DNA of 64,000 nucleotides, from positions 2,418,001 through 2,482,000 of the forward strand of contig OZ251227.1 of NCBI GenBank assembly GCA_965240325.2, written 5' to 3'. The notes below the pieces were generated by a model that did no database searches, was not told where the DNA came from, and saw only the letters and a list, made by a program, of their open reading frames with translations. Made by a program: the position numbers and the translations under genes. Origin of the DNA: Rebecca billardiae RCC1528 (taxonomy: Eukaryota > Protista > Haptophyta). Shown here piece after piece: positions 1 to 10,186 of this stretch; positions within the stretch are counted from its first letter, which is position 1; the number at the start of each line of letters is the position of its first letter.

Positions 1-426
1 TACGTCTTCGCCCCCGTGTACTTGCTGCTCGAGTACTTGAGCCGAGAGCCGATGGCGTGGCTGATTGAGCGGGCGCGCCGGGCGCCGGACTCGCCCGTGC
101 AGCTCGAGACGCAGGTCGAGCTGTCAGACGAGCAGCAAGCGGCGGCGCTGGCGTCGATCGGCTCGATCGTCAATCCGTACGAGCGTGAGCACCGCGTCTT
201 CCTCGCGCTGGGCGCACCGCTGTTCGCATGGCAGACGTTCTTCTATTGGCCTCTGCTCGCGCCTCTCTTCAGCTTCGTCAGCGTGTGCAACGCGCGCCTC
301 GTGTGCGGAGTGGGCTACTGGGGCGCGCTGCGGACAACGTTTGGCGAGCGCTCCATGCGTTCGTGGCTCGCCGCGATCGCCGGCGATCTTGCAGCTGGTG
401 TGCAGGCTGGATACCTGCTGCTGTGA
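1..426 (+). CDS. 3' end of an unknown, probably membrane, protein (5' truncated by the window edge)
   Basis: Frame 1 is open from base 1 to TGA at 424-426, with strong C/G third-position bias and hydrophobic/aromatic segments (FLALGAPLFAWQTFFYWPLLAPLFSFV). Confidence 0.7.
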   Translation, partial: YVFAPVYLLLEYLSREPMAWLIERARRAPDSPVQLETQVELSDEQQAAALASIGSIVNPYEREHRVFLALGAPLFAWQTFFYWPLLAPLFSFVSVCNARLVCGVGYWGALRTTFGERSMRSWLAAIAGDLAAGVQAGYLLL

Positions 427-3060
427 CGCTATGCCGCACGCGGCACTGCAGTCAGGCGGCGCGGCAGCTGTATGATATTAGATCCGGACGAAATGCGCGT
501 TCACACCCGGCGGCGCCATGCCCACCATGACCCAGTCACTCAGCGGGTGATGCCTATATATATATATATCATGATCATCACGACGATAGACAAGGATCGA
601 CTCGACACTTCTCTGGGCAGACGATTGCGCTTGGCCAGCGCCCAGCAGCGAGGTGGCGCCTGGCGGCCCGATGGCGATAACATTGATCGATCGAGGGTTG
701 CTACTTGCTGCTGGCCCCGCATCAGTCTCACCGTCACGCGCGCAGGCACCGCCAGCACTGCTTAGCAGTCTGCAGTGCGCGGCTCAAGCCCCAGGCCGCG
801 CGGCGCATCGGCCGCAAGCCTCCACAGCGGTGGCTCGCGGCCTCGCGCTTCAGCTTCGGCTTGGTCGGCGAGAGTGACTTGGCGCGTGCGAGGGCGTGCG
901 GGGATCGTGGCACGCGCCCGGCACCAGCCTCGAGTCTGGCGCTCCAGTTCACGGACAGCCTCCGGCTTCACGGGCGGTGACCAAGGGCCCTTGCGGTGAC
1001 ACTACTGACAGTCTTTGGCGGTCGGCGTCGATCTCGCCTGCACTGGCTGCAGAGCTACCTGAGCTGTGTGCGTCTCATCTATAACCGCGCGCGCGTCGCG
1101 CTCCTTCTGGCGATCCGGTGTTTACGATAGGCGGATGCAGGGGTTGCCTGGGGCCGCCAGTCGCCACGGGGGGGGGCAGGGCGGCGAGGCAGCGCCCGCC
1201 CGGCAGCACATCGCCCCCCCCGTGGACGCTGACTCAAGCCGCACCCACCCCAGCGCGGCGATCCCACGCCAGGGAGGGCGGGCGGGAGGCGGAGGAGCGC
1301 CGCTGGCTGTCCGTGAGTGTGCCGGCGCCGCCGCGGCCTGCCGCCCGGGGGCCCCGGGCCCGGGCGGGGCCGCTGTGCTCAGGCGTCGGCCGGGGCAGGG
1401 TGCGCCGGGGGGCAGTCGCGGCGGAAGCGGTCGGCTGCACGACGTGGGCTGCCCTGACCGGCCCCGAAGGTGCGCCTGTCACGCCGAGGGTCGGCCCTCC
1501 TGCAGGTACGCTCACTTTCCGCTTGGTACCCGCGCCGCAAAGGCGAGCTGCTTCCGACTCACATCTCGTCACCGTGCGGTCACTCCGGCGATGCCGCTGC
1601 GAGCGCCGAGCCCGCGTCCGGCCAGGTATACGCCCACCTAGCGGGGAGGGGCACGGGCGGCGGCGGAGCAGCGACGCGGCAGTCATAACGCGATAACCGC
1701 CGCGGACTGCCAAACCCACCACTCCCGTCGCGTCGGCCATCGCCCCATAACCGCGCGCGCGTCGCGCTCCTTCTGGCGATCCGGTGTTTACGATAGGCGG
1801 ATGCAGGGGTTGCCTGGGGCCGCCAGTCGCCACGGGGGGGGGCAGGGCGGCGAGGCAGCGCCCGCCCAAAGAGGCGCAGCGCCAGGCGCCACGCCGGCGT
1901 GGCCGGCGTCGGCCGGCGCGGCCGAGGCCAGGCCCGGCCCCGACCCCCAGAGGCGCAGCGCCCTGCCCACCACCACGCCGCACGCCGCCGGTGTGAGGCC
2001 GCGGAGCGGCGGACTGGGTGCCCCCCCCCCCCTCCCCCCCAGCGCTCAGCCCCTGCCAGAGGTCGCCGAGAGCCCGCAGCGACCGGCGGACCACAGGACC
2101 ACTGGCGTAACCCGCCCGTCGTCGCGCGCCGGCACAGGCCAGGCGAAGCGCTGCAGGTGACCCGCAGGCCACGCCGTCCACTTGCCCGACGAAACCGCCC
2201 AGCAGCACGCGCGCACCGCCGCCGCCGCCGCCGGCCGGCGAGAGCGCATGCGCCCGAGCCGTCGCGGAACACACCCGAGCCGACATGAGGCGCAGGTATC
2301 GACGTCGGCTTGCCGACAACGTCGTCAACCACGCGCCTGCAGACCGCACGAGCGCCCGTGAAAGCGCGCCGAAAAGGGGCGTGCGAGGTGACGCGCACGG
2401 TGCGCGAATGGTGATGGCCGTGCGGCGCACGAATGACGATCGGTGCGCGCGCACGATGAGCGGTGCACGCGCGGGCGGATCGGAGCGCGCGCATGATAAA
2501 CGGCGCATGATACTCGGCGCGCGCGCATGACGGCGCGCGCGCATGATGATCGGCGCTGGTCGGTGCGCGCGCATGATGATCGTCACGCGATGATCGGCGC
2601 GCGCGCATGACCATGCGCGCGCGTGACGAATTCGCCGCAACGGCTCGCGCGAGAGGCACAAGGCGATTGACGATGAACGCGACCACGTTCGAGCGCTCGA
2701 GCGAAGCAGGAGGTGATGAGTGAGGAAGATGGCACAGGAATGGGAGAGGAACGCGTGGCGCGTGGCGGGAAGGGCCAGGCACGCTCGGCGTGAGGAAAGG
2801 AACGCGCGTAGAAACGGAACGGAACGGAAAGCAGCGGTTCGAGCGATAGACAGGAGGTGATTGACGACGATGAGCGCGTGCGCGCTCGAGCGACGCAGAA
2901 GGTGACGAGCGAGGAAGACCAAGGCCAGGTGAAAGCGCCGCAGGTGGCCAGCGGGCCACGTCGCTTTTCGCGCCCGAAAACGCCCAGCAGCGCGCGCGCC
3001 CCGCTGCAGTGGCAGCCGACCGGCGAGAGCTGCATCCGCCAGAGCCGCCACGCGGCGCGG

Positions 3061-3400
3061 GTATCAACGCCGGCCCGCCGACAACGTCGTCCCCGACACC
3101 CCGGCCACAGACACCACGTACACCCATGTAAGCGCGCCGAAAGGTGCGCGCGAGGATGGCGCACTCGGCACCCGAATGATGATGATGGTTGCGCGGAGCA
3201 CGAATGATGATCGGCGCGCGCGGGTATCAACGCCAGCCCGCCGACGACGTCGTCCCCCACGCCCCGGCCACAGACACCACGTACGCCCATGTAAGCGCGC
3301 CGAAAGGTGTGTGCGATGATGGCACGCTCGGCACCCGGATGATGATGCGATGGTTACGCTGAGCACGAAGTGATGATCGGCGCGCGCACATGATGATGAT
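3061..3400. repeat. ~163-bp tandem duplication inside the split-repeat element
   Basis: gtatcaacgcc...cacagacaccacgtac...aagcgcgccgaaaggtg starts at 3061 and at 3224. A more diverged copy lies near 2296-2450. Confidence 0.8.
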
Positions 3401-3419
3401 CGGCGCGCGCGCATGAGAA

Positions 3420-4085
3420 GACAGGTGCGAGTGACGCGCGGAGAAGATGCGCGCGGAGACGATAGGCGCGGAGGACATAGGCGCAAGTAACGCGCGGAGG
3501 AGATAGGCGCAAGTAACGCGCGGAGAAGATAGGCGCAAGTAACGCGCGGAGAAGATATAGTAGGCGCAAGTAACGCGCGGAGACAGGCGCAAGTAACGCG
3601 CGGAGAAGATAGGCGCAAGTAAACGCGCGGAGAAGATATAGTAGGCGCAAGTAACGCGCGGAGACAGGCGCAAGTAACGCGCGGAGAAGATAGGCGCAAG
3701 TAACGCGCGGAGAAGATATAGTAGGCGCAAGTAACGCGCGGAGACAGGCGCAAGTAACGCGCGGAGAAGATAGGCGCAAGTAAACGCGCGGAGAAGATAT
3801 AGTAGGCGCAAGTAACGCGCGGAGACAGGCGCAAGTAACGCGCGGAGAAGTAGATAGTATAGGCGCAAGTAACGCGCGGAGGAGGTATAGGCGCAAGTGA
3901 CGCGCGGAGACAGGCGCAAGTAACGCGTGGGGAAGTAGATATAGTAGGCGCAAGTAACGCGCGGAGAAGTAGATAGGCGCAAGTGACGCGCTGAGACAGG
4001 CGCAAGTAACGCGCGGAGAAGTAGATAGTAGGCGCAAGTAACGCGCGGAGATGAGATAGGCGCAAGTGACGCGCGGAGAAGATAG
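3420..4085. repeat. Minisatellite: about 22-24 copies of AGGCGCAAGTAACGCGCGGAG with 2-13 nt linkers and an ~80-bp three-unit higher-order repeat
   Basis: Read directly. Linkers ac / aagat / aagatatagt cycle regularly between ~3530 and 3830. Confidence 0.95.
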
Positions 4086-4133
4086 GGTGCGCACACGATG
4101 ATCGGCGCATGATGATCGGCGCGCGCGCGAGGG

Positions 4134-4211
4134 ATAGACAGATAGACAGATAGACAGATAGACAGATAGACAGATAGACAGATAGATAGACAGATAGATA
4201 GACAGATAGAC
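4134..4211. repeat. (AGAC/AGAT)n microsatellite
   Basis: Read directly. Confidence 0.95.
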
Positions 4212-5725
4212 GCGCGAGTGAGCGACGGCGAGCTGTAGAGAAGGGTGAGTCGTGCGGCGGCGAGTGGCGGCGGCGTGCTTGCAGCGCGGCAGCGGCGTGC
4301 GGCGAGCGCGAACACGCGGAGCGCGCGCGGCTCCGCTGTTGCGCCCCGAGGGGCCCGCGCCGAAGAAGCGCGCTCGCTCGAGCGGGGGGCAGATCGAAGG
4401 TGATGAAGCGCGCGGTTCCGCTCAAGCGAAGTAGAAGGTGATGAGCGACGAGTGTGCCCGACGGACGACAGCGCAACGACACCTCACGCGCCGCCCCGCC
4501 GGCCGCCCAACAGATGGCCGAGAACGGGACGCCGAAGTAGCATGTGTGCGCTCACTGCCCGCGCCGCCGACATGCGCTCCAGCTCGGACGAAGGGCAGAA
4601 GGTGTTGTTGAGCGCGCCCCCGCGAGCGCGCAGCAGCTGGTGAGGAGCGTGTTGTTGAGTACGCCCCCGCGAGCGCGCAGCAGCTGGTGAGGAGCGTGGA
4701 GCGTGCCCGACACACGCCCGCTGGCGCCGCCCCGCCGTGCGCCCAGCCGCCGGACGCTGCCGATGGACGCAGAAGCAGCATGGATGCGCACGAGTCTCGT
4801 CCAGCGCCAAAATGCGCTCGCGCGCGAGCGAGGCAGACAGCGCCGAGCGCGCCCACGCTCGAGCGAAGCAGGTGGAGATGAGCGAGGAGCGCGCACGACG
4901 GACGGCAGCGCACCGGCACCTCACTTACCACCCCGATGTGCGTCCCCGATGTGCGCCCGGCCACCGGACGCCTCAGAAGGACACCCAGCACAAGCGTGGT
5001 CGCGCACGAGCGGATGAGAGAAGCAGAAGGCGCTGAGCGTTCCCCTCGAGTAAAGCAGTGGGCCATGAGGAGGAGGGAGCACGACGGACGGCAGTGCCCA
5101 GCACCTCGCGCTCCGCCTCGCAGTGCGCACGACCGTCGGATGCCGCCGCAGAAGGACGCCGAAGCAGCATCGTGAGAGTTCGAGCGTGATGCACGCGCAC
5201 CACGCCAGGGGGGGACAACGAGGAACGGGGAGCGAAGGAGGCGGAGGAGCGCCGCTGGCTGTCCGTGAGTGTGCCGGCGCCGCCGCGGCCTGCCGCCCGG
5301 GGGCCCCGGGCCCGGGCGGGGCCGCTGTGCTCAGGCGTCGGCCGGGGCAGGGTGCGCCGGGGGGCAGTCGCGGCGGAAGCGGTCGGCTGCACGACGTGGG
5401 CTGCCCTGACCGGCCCCGAAGGTGCGCCTGTCACGCCGAGGGTCGGCCCTCCTGCAGGTACGCTCACTTTCCGCTTGGTACCCGCGCCGCAAAGGCGAGC
5501 TGCTTCCGACTCACATCTCGTCACCGTGCGGTCACTCCGGCGATGCCGCTGCGAGCGCCGAGCCCGCGTCCGGCCAGGTATACGCCCACCTAGCGGGGAG
5601 GGGCACGGGCGGCGGCGGAGCAGCGACGCGGCAGTCATAACGCGATAACCGCCGCGGACTGCCAAACCCACCACTCCCGTCGCGTCGGCCATCGCCCCGA
5701 TTTTTTGCAGTGGGGGCGCGGGACG

Positions 5726-6967
5726 ATGGCGGCGTGGCAGCAGCCCGGGCAGCCCAGCTTGAAGAGGGCGCATGTGGGACTGTTCTTCGTGCTATTCGTA
5801 GGAGTTGCGGCGGCGCGCAAGTCACGCACGACTCTCGTGTCCGTGCACATCGACAAGGCCGGAGGCACAACCGTGAGCGCTGGTCTCATGCAGCTGTGCG
5901 TGCGCGGCCTCGTGGATGACCTGATCGAAGTGCACACGTGCAGGAACGGCGAGCACACATGGATCCCGCCCCGCTGTCAGTACCAGGTGGTCGGCGGCCC
6001 CCTCATTGCGAGCAACAGCTCGGCATGCCCGTTCACACACCTGCGCCCGAGCACACCCGTGCTCTCTCGCGGCGATGCGGTCGCTGCTGCTGCGCTCAGC
6101 GCCCCGATGATCCTGTGGGTGCGCGACCCAGTCTCTCGGTTCGTGTCATGCTGGGGTTTCATGCTGAAGGTGGACCGCGGCGTGCTGCCGATGGTCGGAC
6201 GTGAACACCTGATCGAAGACGTCAACATCTTCTTCAACAAAACGCTCTCCGCACTGCGCCGCACGCCAGGCCTCGAGCAGCTTGGCAGCGCACCTGGCAG
6301 CAAGCGGACGGATCTGGAGTGGCTGGTGAGGGTATGCGCGGCCGCACCGCACGCGCGGGAGGCGCTGCGCGCGGTCTTTGACCATGTGCCGCACGCGCTC
6401 ACCGACATCGCGCACTACATGGGCGGCCTCGCCGGCCTGCAGCTCGTGCGCGCGCGGCTGGCCTTCGTGGGCACGGCGGAGCACTTTGAGGAGAGCTGGG
6501 CAGCGATGATGCCGGCGCTGGGCAAGGCGCTCGGCTGGAGTGGCACCCATCCCAAGCCAGCCATGGCGCACGAGAACGACTCCTCCACCGGCCGCCCCCG
6601 CCGCCCGCTCTCGAGCAGCTCGGTCGAGTTCCTGCGCGCCTACTTTGAGGAGGACCTGGCGTGCATCGCCGCGCTGGCCAAGTGGGGGCTGCTCACGCGC
6701 GCGTACGCCGGGGAGGTGGGCGCACTCCGCGCGCGTGAGACGGCCGGCGCAGGGAACGAGAGCGCGAGCGTCCGGACGGAGTACACATACGAGCAGCTGC
6801 TGATTCCCCCACCGGACGACTCGCCGGCAGGCGAAGCAAAACGCCTCATTGCACGCGTAAGCGGTCCCCTTGTCGAAGGGCTCGGCCACAGCCTCCACCT
6901 GCACCGTCTCGACCGGCTGGGCGAGAATATGCAGAAGCTGAAGCGGCCAGCCGCCAGGGCAAACTGA
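5726..6967 (+). CDS. Golgi-type sulfotransferase (Sulfotransfer_2 / galactose-3-O-sulfotransferase-like)
   Basis: N-terminal hydrophobic anchor (VGLFFVLFVGVAA), 5'-PSB-like HIDKAGGTT, 3'-PB-like VRDPVSRFVS, FVGTAEHFEES and a C-terminal YFEED motif. Confidence 0.75.
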   Translation: MAAWQQPGQPSLKRAHVGLFFVLFVGVAAARKSRTTLVSVHIDKAGGTTVSAGLMQLCVRGLVDDLIEVHTCRNGEHTWIPPRCQYQVVGGPLIASNSSACPFTHLRPSTPVLSRGDAVAAAALSAPMILWVRDPVSRFVSCWGFMLKVDRGVLPMVGREHLIEDVNIFFNKTLSALRRTPGLEQLGSAPGSKRTDLEWLVRVCAAAPHAREALRAVFDHVPHALTDIAHYMGGLAGLQLVRARLAFVGTAEHFEESWAAMMPALGKALGWSGTHPKPAMAHENDSSTGRPRRPLSSSSVEFLRAYFEEDLACIAALAKWGLLTRAYAGEVGALRARETAGAGNESASVRTEYTYEQLLIPPPDDSPAGEAKRLIARVSGPLVEGLGHSLHLHRLDRLGENMQKLKRPAARAN

Positions 6968-7344
6968 TGTGATGCCACCAGCGGGGTCGCATCATCATGG
7001 AGGCGGGAGCACGGTGAGCGCGGGAGAGATTGACCGTGAGACTGAGAGAGACGGAGCTGAGCCTTGATGACTGATGAGAGACGAGATCGATGACGATGAT
7101 TGACGACATCAGATGAGACATGAGTAGTACTCGCACAGAGCTGGCTGCTCTATTATTACGGTCCTAGGAGACGGAGTATAGCAGTCTGCTTTGCTGTCGT
7201 TGTCGTAATTAATAAATTATACTTTCGACCCATCATATCATCGTCATCATCAATGTTCAATATACAATAAGACAATACATCGCGCGCGCTGCTGATGATT
7301 AATTAATTTGTTAGATCGATGATGCTCGTCGTCTTAGCAACAAT

Positions 7345-7468
<124 letters not shown>

Positions 7469-9862
7469 TAAGCCGCCATCGGCATCATCACGTTCGTCAT
7501 ACTGTCTGAAGTGTCTGATGATCATCATCGTTGTGTCCGCGTGACCGTGATGTCCGCCGTGATATATGCCAGCATCGCGGCGCATTACATCGTCGTCATC
7601 ATCGACGATCATCAGCAGCATCTGCGCTGCTGGCACGGCTAGCAGCAGCGCGCATCACTAGTTACGTACTACTGTGCGCAGCCACGATTATTCGCTGCTA
7701 TATATATATATGATCGGCTACGCCGATCTTCGGGTAGTAAACAACGAAGTTGAGGGCGCACGGCCCTAGTTGTCGCGTTCTGACACTGTTCCAGTAGTAC
7801 TTCAGTCTTATTTAATACGAATCGCGCAGCCCACGAGTCACGTTATTCGGTGAGCCGAGCAGCCGGCTTGTGTCGGACTTGCCTCGCGAGCAGCAACTGC
7901 CTGCCGTCGCAACTGCCTGCTCGGTCATCGGCTGCTCACAGCTCAGTGACCCAGTACTTCACGAATCGCGCAGCTCATCGTGAGCAGCAGCCGGCTTGTG
8001 ACTTGTGTCGCGACACGGTCGTACCGCGGTCCGACGGTGCATGAGCCGTGACGGTCCGCGCGGAGCCGAGGCCCCGATCATGCTGCTCACAGCTGTCAGT
8101 GACAGTGAGTAACGGCGACGCAGCGAGGCAGAGTGGCGCGCAAGATGATGTGACTCATCGACTGCATCAATAATTCCAAGCACACTCGGTCTCGCGGGTC
8201 TGTAGTTAGCCGCCTCACAGCTCGTCTCCACAACGGGGCTGCCGAGCCCGCCGCCGAGCCCGAGCCCGATCGGGCACTCCGGCGCCGGTCACCGAGCCCT
8301 TGAATCACCGCTGTCAGCTGCCTGGCTCACTGCCACTCCGCCACCCACAGCCACCAGTTACCGCCGCCACAATCACCGCTACAGTCCCCCCCGTCGAGCC
8401 CGCCACCATCACCGCCTACATCGCCGCCGCCAAGCCCGCCGCCGCGCCCGCACGGGCACCTGACGAGTGACGTCGCTGCGCACATCGCCGCCACCAAGCC
8501 GGCTGCCATAACCGCCACCATCACAATCGCAGCCCGGACCCCGCCGCCGAGCTCGCTGCTGAGCCCGCTGCCGTCGTAGCCGCCAGCGGTCGCCACCGAT
8601 GACCGAGCAGGCAGTTGCAGCGACTCGCTCGGAAACGCACGACTTCCTGCAAATGCTTCCCGACTTGTCGACTGACGGGAAGCTGGAAAAGACGGCGGCG
8701 TGAGTGTTGGTACCATCGATGTGGAGCGTCCGCTTCGGCATTCATGCTGAGAAGGGGTACACAAGGCTAGGCCTTCGTCGTGGGTATCCAATGTGACTCA
8801 ACACCTTGCTGATCGACCCGACGAGTGTCCGGCGTGAGCGGCACAGCAAACCATTCGTGCGAGCAACGCGGAGGACGGCGCTCGGGGCAAAGTGAGGCAC
8901 ACTGCCGCTGCGCAGCGGGCCGAGCGCGGCGAATCCTCCGCGGACCGACTCGGCCGAAGCCGCGCCTCACGCCGTGCGCAGCCTCACCGCCCGAGTCCTC
9001 CGCTGATTCCGCTCCGCTCGCACCGAGCCGCCGAGGCAAACACTCAAACTGCTACAGACCTACCCTTAGCTAGCTTGCTGCATATTAATAAGGTTAGAAG
9101 GGGCGTATAATTTGAAATACTATTTACCGGTAAGATTCCGTCCAAAAAATCCATACGAGTCGTAGCGTTTTGCGCGGCCTCGCGCCTCGCGGCGCATCCG
9201 TCGTCGTCGGCTCGTCCCGTTTGTAAGAGGCGCGCTGAAAAATATCAGCGTTTCGCTTCGAAGATGCGTCTCTTATTCTTAAGTAAACTGTAGGCGCGCT
9301 GAAAGATGGTGTTTGGCGCTTCATTCAAAGATACCGGTCGCCCCATAGAATTTCGATATGAGATCTTACAGCATGTGTATTGATCAAGGGGCTTAACCAA
9401 ATACCAACCACGATCACACACCCCACTTCAAGCGGCAGAAGAGCCGATCCACAAACTCTCTTTCCTATACTTGGTGAGCTGTTTCAGGCTCTTACAACTC
9501 AGACATCTTACCAGCATAGAATGTTCGAACACAAGGGAAGTGTGTTCTGTGCGAACGGCCCACCATATCAGAAAGGTGCAGACGCCTTTGTCCTATTTGA
9601 GTTCGATTTCTTCTATTACTTACTAACCAAAGATTAAGGGGCAGTACAAACGCAATCATGAGCAGCGATATGCGGTCACTAGCGTTCGGTCACATCTAAA
9701 TCAACCTATACAAAAATCCCCAAAATCCTGCGCGCATCCTCTTTTTTGATTTTGCGGAGCACGTGCGCCGCCCCCCCCGGCTTTGACTTTCGCTCACGCT
9801 CAGACCTTTCGGGGGGGCCGTGCGCCACTATAGCGCGCAGCTATAAGTCGTCGTCGTACGTT

Positions 9863-9864
<2 letters not shown>

Positions 9865-9925
<61 letters not shown>

Positions 9926-9932
9926 GCTCTCT
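9865..9932. repeat. (CT)n microsatellite interrupted by AG
   Basis: Read directly. Confidence 0.95.
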
Positions 9933-10186
9933 AGTATTAGCTATAATGCTACGCTCACTACTCAGTACTCAGCTAGGCACCGGTCGGCCCATTGTGTAAT
10001 TGTGACTTGCCAGCCAGGGCTGGGGCGGGGCCCCGTTCCGACGGCCCTAGGTAGACCTTCCCGTGCGCAGTTTTATTACTATTCACGAGTCATCAGTGCC
10101 TTCATGAAGGAGCTCACAGTGCCCGTAGTCTCTGGCAGGGGTCAACCGAAGCCAGAGCTCCGGTCATCAGCAGCGTCTCAGCAGCG

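Larger units (their letters stand above)
1081..5698 (-). mobile_element. Non-autonomous element with split direct repeats (A1-internal-B1-A2-B2), Ngaro/PAT-like (DIRS order)
   Basis: 1285-1746 matches 5237-5698 (462 bp, identical by eye) and 1081-1201 matches 1747-1867 (121 bp). B1 directly abuts A2 at 1746/1747. No TSD at the flanks and no RT or tyrosine recombinase ORF recognised. Confidence 0.7.

Noticed and set aside
3420-4085. CRISPR array (constant repeat with variable spacers)
   Set aside because: Linkers are only 2-13 nt and recur, there are no cas genes, and the context is eukaryotic. It is a minisatellite.
1066-5773. Long ORFs of 200-600 aa over the repeat element
   Set aside because: Arg/Ala/Pro-rich or periodic translations of GC-rich repeats with no codon bias or domain motifs.
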